The position numbers and the translations under genes were made by a program. DNA of 64,000 bases from Vitrella brassicaformis CCMP3155 (taxonomy: Eukaryota; Protista; Chromerida). Location of the stretch: NCBI GenBank assembly GCA_001179505.1, contig CDMY01000485.1, positions 3,974-67,973 on the forward strand, read 5' to 3'. This document shows, piece after piece, positions 24,419 to 35,427 of this stretch (within the stretch, counting starts at the first letter, position 1; the number at the start of each line of letters is the position of its first letter). The notes below the pieces were generated by a model. That model was not told the origin of the DNA, searched no databases, and saw only the letters and a list, made by a program, of their open reading frames with translations.

Positions 24419-26065
24419 TCACAGGATGGCTAAGAGCCTGTACTCGATGTACAGGTCCTTTCCAGTGGAGCTGAGTCTGCCCGGCTTGATGACCCGCCGC
24501 ACCTCACCCACACGCATGTCAGTGACGACCTCCTGCCACCACTCAGCAAACCCAGACACACATAAGACCCGCCCACGGTCCTCGCCTATCTTGTCTTGTC
24601 CGTCGAAGTCGTCACGCCACTGGATGAAGTCATACTTGACGCGCTGGCCACGGGTCGGTTTTGGTCCACTGCCATGCTGCACGACTTGATGGAAGACACC
24701 CGACGGCAACCGAACAAACATCCGCTGCGTGAGGCCATCGCCACTGCAATGGTAAACAGGACGACAGATGGCGACACCAGCCCGGCCTGTTGCTGCCCTC
24801 GAACTGCACACCTGGTGTCTGAGATGACTATGTCTGTCTCGACGCCGTACATGGCCGCGTTGATGTTGAAGGCTACCTGCTCAGTCTCACTGGCCATTGT
24901 CAGCACCACAGCCATGTCGGCCGCCGACGCGCCGAGCCGTTTGCGGCGGTAGTGGTCGACCATACGGCCGATGTGGTCGGGCTGCACCACCTCGACGGGC
25001 CGAGGCCACCTACACACAAAGGCACACACACGCACACACAGGCAGCCATCGGTGGGTATCTCTGTCATTGTCAGGCTGTTCATGTGTGGCTGACATATCG
25101 AAGCGGTTATTGAGCTTGTCGTTCATTTCGTCGACGGTGGACTGTGTGGTGGCGATGGCGTGGCCGCAGACCCTCACTGACCGAATGGGATCCTCGCCAC
25201 TCAGAGGCGCCAGGAATGGCGTGACGGCCTGGTCGCACACAGACACACAAACAGGGCGCAACAGATGAACAGCTCCCCTCTCTCCCCCCATCCTGTGTGT
25301 CACCTTGATCTCGTTGTCGAGGTTTGTGTATCGTCGCTTGGCGGCCTCCAGCTGCCCCTCCAGCCGGGCCGTCTCTGTGTTGGCTGCCCTCACGATGGCC
25401 TCCACGGCGCTGACCAGGGACCCACTGTGGGCGGGAAGGCTCTCGGCCGATATGTTGGGCTCGCCATCGGCAGTCGGAGGGGCGTCTGAGGCCGCTTTGT
25501 CGAGCGGCGACAGCAGCAGCTTGACCCAGAAGTCATGCAAACCTGCACCACACAGCCCAATAGAAGCGTAGCTGACCTCGCGGCGCCTCTGCTCACCTCT
25601 GTAGTCCCGCTTGGTGGCCTCATGCAGCAGGTGGCCGACCGACGCCGCCCTGCCTGCGCTGCGAAGCGTCACGGCGTCGAGGATTGCCTTGTGGATGGCC
25701 TTAAAGGCCTCTGGGCAAACGTCCACGAAGATCCTCTGCTTGTCGTCCTTCCTCAGCCGGCCGTCCCAGCAGCCCGAGAACAGCGCCGCCAGCAGAGTGC
25801 CCTCCACGCTGTCGCCCTCCGTCATGTGCTTGCGGCTCACATGACACTCGACGCCGCCCACACTCAGTGTCAGCTCGTCATCGGGCGATGCGCTTGACGG
25901 GTCGGAGGCGCCGTGTTTCTGCCTCTCTCGATGGGCGGCATCGTCGGCTTGGCGGATCTGGGCATGCAGCTGGCCGATGGCGTCGCCGATGGCGGTGACA
26001 GGCACGTGCAGCCTATCGAGAATCGCAATGGCGCTGAACTTGCGAGCGGCCAAGTCGGCGTCCAT
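24419..26065 (-). CDS. BTB - coiled coil - BTB-like - FKBP-like protein, copy 5 (apparently intact)
   Basis: Starts MDADLAARKF. BTB ELTLSVGGVECHVSRKH...LFSGCWDGRL. Same exon structure as copies 4 and 6. FKBP-like exon ends AIL* at 24419. Confidence 0.88.
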
Positions 26066-26479
26066 CGTCGCTGCTCAACAGATCTCTCAGACCTCTCTGT
26101 GGTGAGCACCTGAATGTCACACAGACAAACGGGATGAATAGATCTTGTTCTTGTTGACTGCTGTGTCACACCCTTGCCTCACCTGATGACATCAGGGCGT
26201 CAGATGATGCCAAGATCTCCTCCGTGCCTCCCTTCTTCAAAAGTCTGAGCTTGCAGGACGCGTGGGAAGGGACGGACGTGGATGTTCACAGCGGGGCCCG
26301 CGGCAGAGGTGTCGTTGCAGGACGACACAGCTTGGGTTCAGGAGCGCGGGATGGATGTATGGATGACTGAATTGATGCCCTTTCCGCCGTATGACGTCGG
26401 CATGGCATCGGATGCGATGTACTTATGGATGCCTCAGGCAGAGGATGATCAGTCGGCCCAGACCACACCATCGGGCACC

Positions 26480-29042
26480 ATGATTAGCAAGGTAAGTAAG
26501 AGAGATCTGGGTCGGAATATGACCCCATGAGTGATCAACAGGTTTGCTGGTGTGCTGTGGTGTGCGTTGTTTGATGCAGTTGTGTACTGACGCTAGTTTG
26601 TTGCGCGAGGGCCTCCAGAGGCTGCAGAGGGACGCACAGCAGAGCCGTGAGGCGTGCCAGCGAGATGGCGGCGGGGTGGCCGAGGCGTTGCTCTCGTCTG
26701 TGGTGTCACAAGTGTCCGTTGCTGAGGCCTCGATGGCCGGTGCAATGGACTCCCTCACCGCAACGGCGGCCATAGCCCTCCCGCAGCCAATGGACGACGT
26801 CAGTGCGTCCGCTGCTGCTGCTGCTGCTGCTGCTGTGGCCATGGAAGCGCCGCCCGAAGAGCCCAATGCTGAGGTCCGGAGGGAGGGATGAATGCGGGGT
26901 GGCATCTGTTCATTTCTGTGCTGTTGCTGTGTTGCTGGCTGGTGCAGAGTAGTGCTGTGGTAGAGGAGGAGGAGGCCGCCCCGACGCCATCGTTTCGCCT
27001 GGTCCACACGTCGGGGAAACCGCCGCCGAACAGTGGACCGGTAAAAGCAAGACAACAAAGACCGCCCATACGTGCACGACCCTGTCGACCTCTGTGTGTG
27101 AATGTGTGTCTTGTACAGCCGTCCCTTCGCCTCTCCCCCGATGAGCTGGCGTGTGTGTTCGGCTTCTACCAGCCCTCAGAGCTGACGCGCGTCGCCACCA
27201 CGATCGGCAAGACGGTCTTCGGCTGGGCGGCCAAGCGATACACCCACCTGACCATCGACGGCTCGGACAAGGGCGGCGTGCGCCAGCAGTGGGAGCGAAT
27301 GCCCCTGGAGGTGGCACACCGGTGGGGCCAGCGGGCCACCAACCTCACACACCTGCACGTCATCTACAAGAACCAAGCCAGCCGCTGGTGCCGTGGGACC
27401 TGGGTGGCGCTGATCGACGGCAATGCAGCGGCCAGGAAGGCCATGAGCCGCGAGAGGGAGGGGCAGTGCGGGGCAGCGGCAGCAGCCAGAGGGCCGGACA
27501 GGCCATCCGCGGCGTCATCCATCAAGGTGCTCAGCTTCGAGGAGGACAGCGACGGAGAACCATACGATGAGGGTGAGGACGTCTCGTCCGCCCCCCTGCC
27601 CCCGTCCCCCTTGCCCGTCGACCTGTCGGTCCTCGAGGAGGTGCACGACATGCCATACGCCTGTGCGGCCGTCCGCATGGGCGACCGCGTGTGGCAGACG
27701 CCATCCATGCGGGTCATGACGCTCAAGCAGGACGAGTGCGATGCTGAGGCCGTGATGGCAAAGTGGATGGCGTCGTGCGAGCATTTGGAGGTGTTTGACG
27801 ACGGAAGCATCTTCGAGATCACGACAGAGCTGCTGACCATGCCGCCCCCCGGCACCTCCCTCGTCCGCCTGCGGTCCATGGGCACCCTCAACCTGGACAC
27901 CGTCGGCACCATCAATCCAGGTCGGGTGGCCGACCTGCGGCAGGCCCTTGTGGCGCGGGGATGTCACATGTCCCTCCGCGAGCTGCCCATTGAGGCCACC
28001 GAGATCACGGCTGAGCACAAGGGGCTGCTGCGGGAGGTGCCGTCGCTGTCGGCGGCAGTGCTGCAGCCGGAGGCCCTCAGCCAGCCGCAGGTGGTCAAGA
28101 AGGCAGACAATCTCGAGATGGAGCTGGAGCTCATCGAGTGGATGGCCGAAGAAGCGCCTCAGGTAGCCAAGACACCACGGGCTGCTGCGCCTCAACACCT
28201 TCAGGCACAATTATCCCCAATGCGGTCTGTCTGTGTGCCTGCAGGTGCAGAAGCTCGTTCGAGAGTTTGCCGCTGTCACCGATGTGGTCTTCTACAAGAA
28301 CGAGCTCACCGACCCCAACGCCGCCGGACACGCGGCCGCATATTTCCCCCGCGCCACCACATTCCGCTGCAATGCGGGACAGCTGCCGCCGCGGGTGCGG
28401 AGCGGCTTGGCCAAGACGGTCGCCAACATGCCCCAGTGCAACACCATCGAATTCGTGGATAATCTCGAGGCGCACCAGGAAGCGCCGAAGAATGCTGTGG
28501 CCTTCCTGGAGTCACTCAAGAGGCACATGGCCACAGGGAAGGGGCCGGGGGCCGGGGAGGGGGGCGATAGCACCGAGGGGGCGACGGAGCGGAGCCTGTC
28601 AGTGCAGATTGAGGTGTCGGCGAATGGCATCTTGCACCACAGCCGGCCGCTGCAGAAGTGGGCGAGCCACGACCTGCCGGCCATCGACGAGGTCACCGTC
28701 TTTGTGATGGGTAAGCACAGTGGGTAAGCAGGGCCACACGAGGTAGACAGCCCACCTGAGCAGCACACACATCACAAGCTTTATGTGTGTTGGCTGCTGT
28801 GTGCAGACGGGCTAGAAGAGGACGACTCGATGGAGGCCTTGTACGGCTCGGTGATGGCGTCGCTCGTCGGCATCATGTCGCGACCCGGTGTGAGCAAGGC
28901 GTCCATTGTCTTCCTGAGTCTTCACGACCTTGGCCATATGAGGCGGCTGTTCCAGTCGCAGCTCGCATGGTTCAACCTGCTGGACACACCATACACCATC
29001 ACCATGGAGGAGGTCACCATCACCGTCGAGACGCGCACGTAG
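26480..29042 (+). CDS. Uncharacterised F-box-like protein, copy A (multi-exon)
   Basis: In-frame exons MISK / LCTDASLL... / SSAVVEEE... / PSLRLSPDELACVFGFYQPSELTRV (F-box-like) ... / VQKLVREF... / DGLEEDD...ITVETRT*. It has a paralogue at 35016-37632. The F-box call is weak. Confidence 0.7.
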
Positions 29043-30479
29043 ACGATACCACAGCTGGTGAAAGGGAACGAACAGGGCGGACAGAGAGGGCACGTGTGTG
29101 CATCTACTTGGTCGTCTGTTATGTTTGTGTGTGCGGTTTCAGGTAGCCGTAGACATCGGCAGCCTGACTGCTGTTGGGGCATTGGTGGCTGCGGGCGGGG
29201 CGGAGGGGAAAACAGCCGATCGAATCTCTGTTGTTGATTGTGGATAGACACTAAAGGATAAATGGACGGATGGATGGATGGGGATATGTGTTGCGTGCAG
29301 CGGCTGTCAATGAGTGTGTGAGACCAACTGCTGGAATAACATGAATCCGTGTGTATACATAAGCTGGGTCCGCATCGGCCTCATCGACTTCACTCCCCAC
29401 TCCCGCTGGCCCCTTGCATGATGCACGTGACATGAGATCGTCAGCCATTATTCGAACACACACATGTGGTTCTTGTGCTGTCCTTATGTGTGGTATTATG
29501 TCAGGTGTGTGTGCTATGCGGAGCGGTGCTTTCTCGCTCGCCTCGAGACACTGGCCAAACACATGATCTTCCTCAGGATAAGATGGACGCACTCTCGTAT
29601 CGCATCGCCGCTGTGCGGCTGTTTGTCTTATCGGTCGCTAGGGTCGGGCCCGAGCAACACGGCAGCGACATACTCACCAGTGTCACCACCATCAAACCGT
29701 CAGACGCTGCGGACCGGGTGAGGTACACCGCAGCGTGTCTGAATACGTACACCGACAATGTCTGTCTGCCTCTTTGCAGATTTGTGGCATTGGTGCTCAA
29801 CCAGCAAGGGCACCAGGTGGCTGTGGTGATGGGCTCAGGAGGGCGGCCTGAGTCGCGTGTGCCGAGTGTGCTGTGTCTCAAGTTGCGAGACTGACTGACT
29901 GACTAACCTATGGGTCTTGAGTGTGTGATCTTCCACTCACGCACAGCCACTGTTGTTCATTCGTCCGTATATGACAGACATACAGTAGATAGCCATTCAT
30001 GAGCTGACTGACTGAGGACCGAGGATCTGATGACACTGTATCTGTGAGCTTGAGGGGTTGCGCTCTTAAGGTGTATTCAGCAATGTGGCCATTCAGGCAG
30101 GCAGATCGAAAGAGAAGAGACATATCGCGAGGAGACTTGCGAAATCGGCACATCGAGCAGGGGGCGGCAATTGTGGGCTGGGCGTCTCGCGCCAGGGCAC
30201 CCCGTGGGGCGAAGATGTGGGGTTTGCTGCACACGCAGCGCAGCCCCCGTGTGCAGGGCCAGGACGGCGGCAGTGTGAGAGACTGCCCCAGTGGTGTTGA
30301 TGAGACGTGCTACATCCAGCTGCCGAGAGTCGACGAGGGCGACGCTGCCGCACAGCAGGCCATGATCCACCACACACAGACAGACCATCCCAAGGTCACC
30401 CTGCAATGCCCTTGTGGCACAGTGGCCAGCGGAGGCCTCTGACGAGTGGCGTCTGTGTGCGTCTGTCTGTCCACTGCAG

Positions 30480-32246
30480 ATGGCGTCGGCCTCGAGTGAG
30501 CACATTCCTCTGCTGCTGGACGATGGCCAAGGGCTGACGGAGCCCCAGCTGCCCGACGTCACCGATGACATCACCAAGGCACCGAGACGCTTCGAGCAGG
30601 TGGGTTGGTGTCAGTCGACTCTGAGGCCTCTAGGACGTCTGTGTGTCGTCTGCAGGTCCCCTTGGTGGGCGCCCCGGCCGCCGACAATTGGTATCCGACA
30701 GATGCACTGAGACGCAGCATCAGATGGGCCATCGACGACAAGGATGCGGAGGGCCTGCGGAAGGTCCTCGACGGTCTGTCGCCTGAGCAAACCGAGAAAG
30801 TGCTGACGACTGGATGGGAATATGGGAGCTCTGCCATCCACTACGCCGCACGTAGGCATCGTCGCACCACTGCACACACATGATGCAGCTGAGTGGCCCC
30901 TGTGTGTGCTTCTCAGTCAAGTGTACGGATGTGGCGGTGTTTGAGGTGCTGCTGCACAACCGACACGACCTGCTTTACCTGAAAGATAAGGTGTCGTGCT
31001 GGACCATTACACTCATTCCGCTCATTAGCCGGCCGATATCTTTCTTCTGTGTCTGTAGGAGGGCGACACGCCTCTTCACAAGGCAGCACAGAAAGGGTCA
31101 GTTGGTTTGTGGAGCAGTCTGTCGAGTGGGGCGGAGAGGAGCTGCTGGAAGCTCGGACCAACGTTAGGACGAGGGAAATCTCGACTGGTGCATCGAACAG
31201 CAAGCGTCTTCTGTCATGCTGTGATTCAGATTGGCTGGAAGATTGGCTGGACGCCTCTTCATGATGCAGCATGTCAGTCACTCCTGCAAATGATAGCCAC
31301 ACAACTACATGAGTCTTCAACGTGTCTCTCCTGCAGTCTCGGGCCATGCCGATGTGGTGGCGGTGATGTTGAAGGTGGACCCACAGCTCTTGAAAATCAA
31401 AACCAGCGTAGGCTGCCCGCACCAATCGACTCTGGTACCTCAACTGTCCCCGCCCGCTAATGTGACAGGAGGGAAAGACGCCTTTCGATTTTGCCCTCAG
31501 AAAGCCGAAAGTCGTCGCTGTGATGGCTGTCGTGGCTGGAGACGTGGCCATGAAGCTGCTCGAGCAAGGCGCGAAAATGGAAGAACTGGACGCCCATGAT
31601 CTCAAGGAGGTGGTGCCTTTCACGAAGGGGTTCCTGAAGGACCGCTCTGATTCGCTGGGCCTCGACAGCCTTCGCTTGTGTGCCTTCTTCCGCAAGCTGA
31701 TGCAGGCACGACAGAAGGACTCCCTCACAGAGTGCGATTGAATGGAGAGGAGGGGACATCATGCGAACATCTGCATGCTTCTTCGTCTCTCTCTCTCCTC
31801 TCTTTTCTTTTTCGTTCTTCGTGCAGTGACTTTGAGAATATTTCCAACTGGCAGGAGGTAAACAGTAAGGACACACACAGTCTTACTTGTCGCATTGATT
31901 GGGGGGTACGATCCGGGTCAGGCACTCACAGCGACTTTCTGCAGCGATACCAGGATGCAAAACTTTGAACAGTCACTTAGAGGCAAAGAGAAAGAATGGT
32001 TCGCGGCGCTCGAGTCTGCGGAGCCCCTCACAGTAGTGACTCAAGGTAGCCAACACAGAGACTTCACCCCCTTTTGGCTGTCGGCCGCTCATGGCGTCGT
32101 CCTTCTGCCAATGATTGTGACAGCCAACTCCATCTCTCTCGTCACAAAGCATTGGCAGCCGCCACCAGTTTTCAGGATAGGCTGCTTTTGCCGGTCGATT
32201 GATTTTGGACCCCGTGATGTCTTCATTACCCGCGTGCTGTCAATGC
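30480..32246 (+). pseudogene. Ankyrin-TRP channel copy A: frameshifted and truncated before the pore
   Basis: Ankyrin exons are homologous to copies B and C. There is a 1-nt deletion near 31107 (GTTGGTTTGTGGAG versus GTTGGTGTTGTGGAG). The first TM exon breaks at 32246 and runs straight into sequence that is the 3' flank of the intact copies. Confidence 0.85.
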
Positions 32247-33066
32247 GAGTGCATGTGTGTGGATCGGCAGAAACCAGTGAGTCCGTGGTTGGTTGCGTCT
32301 GGTGGATGTCTGTCTGTGTTAGGCCAATGGCACGGCAAAGCATAGCATAGCATAGCGTCATATCGGTCCCCAGCGCTCTTATCGTCCAGCCCCACGGGCG
32401 TCGCTCTCTCTCTTCAGATTCGCTCACAGTCAGTCAGTCCGCTACAGAAAAAAAGGAGGCGCAGGTACACAGCTCACCTCACCCCTCACACAGCAGCTCA
32501 CACCACACCATAGCATAGCAGAGTCAGTATGGCACACACACATGGAGGTCCCATGCACCACACGCAGCACAACACAGCACCACCGGCGAGAAAGTACAGT
32601 GGATCAACCGCACCACGTCGTCAACAAGACACCACTCACCCACCAGTCCCCCTGACCCAGCAGCCCAACCCCATCCCACATCACCCCGACCATGGCCCCA
32701 CTCGCCGTGCCGCCCCCCACTGCAGATTCGGGGCGGCACGGCGCACAGCAGTGAGTGCACGGCAGGCAGACACGTACGTGAGAGCCTCGCCCACACACAT
32801 TTCGCTGAGCATCCCCTGGACACGCATTTCATCAGCATGCCTGGTACATGAATTTAGCTGATTTCGAGGTCAGTCATCTGCACTGATCGTGCGCTTGCAA
32901 TAAAGCAGGTCTCATCAATCGCTCGCCACACGTACACAAAAGGCACACAGAGGTGTGCGTTCACGCCCAAGGTACCCAGCACACATCACTTAACAGCACA
33001 CTACCATGCCACGGGAGAGTAGAATCCCGGCCCCGACAAACACTCACGCGAGGGAGGAGAGAGAGC

Positions 33067-34671
33067 TCACAGGATGGCCAAGAGCCTATACTCGATATAC
33101 AGCTCCTTTCCCACACGCACGATGCATCGCCGCACCTCACCCACACGCATATCAGTGACGACCTCCCGGGCCCACTCGGCCCGATCAGACACACGAACCT
33201 CCCGCCCACGGTCCTCGCCTATCTTGTCTTGTCCGTCGAAGCCGTCACGCCAGTGGATGTAGTCATACTTGACGGTCTGGTTGCGTGTTGGTTTGGGCCC
33301 ACTGCCCTGCTGCACAATCTTGTACCGCACTCCAGACGGCATCTGCGTGAAGCCATCGCCACTGCAAAGGCAAAAAAGACGACAGATGGCGACACCAGCC
33401 CGGCCTGTTGCTGCCCTCGATCTGTCCACCTGGTGTCTGAGATGACTATGTCTGTCTCGACGCCGTACATGGCGGCGTTGATGCCGAAGGCCGCCTGCTC
33501 AGTCTCACTGGCCATTGTCAGCACGACAGCCGTGTCGGCCGCCGACGCGCCGAGCCGTTTGCGGCGGTAGTGGTCGACCATACGGCCGATGTGGTCGGGC
33601 TGCACCACCTCGACGGGCCGCGGCCACCTACACACACGCAGGCACACAGGCAGCCATCGGTGTGCATCTCTGTCATTGTCAGGCTGTCCATGTGTGGCTG
33701 ACATGTCGAAGCGGTTTTTGAGCTTGTCGTTCATTTCGTCGACGGTGGACTGTGTGGTGGCGATGGCGTGGCCGCAGACCCTCACTGACCGAATGGGATC
33801 GTCGCCACTCAGAGGTGCCAGGAATGGCGTGACGGCCTGGTCCCACACAGACAGGCACACAAACAGGGCGCATCAGATGAATAGCTCCTCTCCCCCCATC
33901 GTGTGTGTCACCTTGATCTCGTTGTCGAGGTTTGTGTCTCGTCGCTTGGCGGCCTCCAGCTGCCCCTCCAGCCGGGCCGTCTCGGTGTTGGCTGCCCGCA
34001 CGATGGCCTCCACGGCGCTGACCAGGGACTCACTGTGGGCGGGAAGGCTCTCGGCCGCTATGGTGGGCTCGCCATCGGCCCTTGGAGGGGCGTCTGAGGC
34101 CGCTTTGTCGAGCGGCGACAGCAGCAGCTTGACCCAGAAGTCATGCAAACCTGCACCACACAGCCCAATAGAAGCGTAGCTGACCTCTGTGCCTCTGCTC
34201 ACCTCTGTGGTCCCGCTTGGTGGCCTCATCCAGCAGGTGACCGACCGACGCCGTCTTGCCCGCACTGCGAAGGGTCACGGCGTCGAGGATGGCCTTGTGG
34301 ATGGCCTTGAAGGCCTCAGGGCAAACGTCCACGAAGATCCTCTGCTTGTCGTCCTTCCTCAGCCGGCCGTCCCAGCAGCCCGAGAACAGCGCCGCCAGCA
34401 GAGTGCCCTCCACGCCGTCGCCCTCCGTCAGGTGCTTGCGGCTCACGTGCCACTCGACGCCGCCCACACTCAGTGTCAGCTCGTCATCGGGCGATGCCCT
34501 TGACGGGTCGGAGGCGCCGTGTTTCTGCCTCTCTCGCTGGGCGTCGTGGTCGGCTTGGCGGATCTGCCCATGCAGGTGGCCGATGGCGTCGCTGATGGCG
34601 GTGACAGGCACGTGCAGCCGATCGAGAATCGCAATGGCGCTGAACTTGCGAGCGGCCAAGTCGGCGTCCAT
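33067..34671 (-). CDS. BTB - coiled coil - BTB-like - FKBP-like protein, copy 6 (apparently intact)
   Basis: Nearly identical to copy 5 through the BTB exons. FKBP-like exon MPSGVRYKIVQQGSGPKPTRNQ...EYRLLAIL* ends at 33067. Confidence 0.88.
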
Positions 34672-35015
34672 CGTCGCTGCTCAACAGATCTCTGTCTGTG
34701 AGTACCTGCATGTCACACGGATAAATGGGATGAATAGATCTGGTTCTTGTTGATTGCTGTGTCACACCCTTCCCGCACCTGATGACGTCAGGGCGTCAGA
34801 CGATGCCAAGATCCACGTGCGGAGCTCCCTTCTTCAGAAGTCTGAGCTTGCAGTTCAGGAAATGGCAAGGAAAGCGGCTTGGGAGCAGGTGATGCATGTG
34901 GATGGATGGGTAGATGGATGGATGGATGGGTGAATTGATGCCCTTTCCGTCCTGTTGGAATCGTCACAATGATTCCGCCGTATGAGGTCGGCAGGGCATC
35001 GGATGCGACGTAGTT

Positions 35016-35396
35016 ATGGATGCCTCGGCGGCAGAGGATCATATGTCGGCCCAGACCACACCATCGGGCACCATGATTAGCAAGGTAAGTCAGAGAGATC
35101 TGCCGGAATATAACCGATAAGTGACAACAGGTTTGCTGCCGTGCTGTGTGTGTTTTCGTTTGATGCAGTTGTGTACCGACGCTAGTTTGTTGCGCGAGGG
35201 GCTCCAGCGGCTGCAGACGGACGCACAGCGGAGCTGCGAGACGTACCAGCGAGATGGCGGTGGGGTGGCCGAGGCGTCGCTCTCCTATGCGGTGTCACAA
35301 GTGTCCGTTGCTGAGGCTGCCGTGGCTGGTGCAATGGACTCCCTCACAGCAATGGCGGCCATGGCCCTCCCACAGCCAATGGACGACGTCAGTGCG

Positions 35397-35427
<31 letters not shown>

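Larger units (their letters stand above)
24220..32790. repeat. Tandem segmental duplication unit 1 (BTB-FKBP / F-box-like / ANK-TRP)
   Basis: Colinear high-identity match to 32878-44380 across genes, introns and intergenic DNA, e.g. 24220 TCTGCAC...CGTGCGCTTGCAATAAA versus 32878. Confidence 0.9.

Noticed and set aside
24075-24689. 204-aa plus-strand ORF and similar long antisense ORFs over the duplicated genes
   Set aside because: These are shadow ORFs antisense to GC-rich coding exons or duplicated UTRs.
29770-29810. Short similarity (acceptor + FVALVL) to the last exon of the ARM gene near 20130
   Set aside because: Only about 25 nt with mismatches, which is compatible with chance.
30214-30479. 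N-terminal extension of the TRP genes from an upstream ATG (MWGLLHTQRSP...)
   Set aside because: In intact copy C the equivalent sequence is ATG TAG (about 59651-59660), so this exon is more likely 5' UTR. MASASSEH was used as the start.
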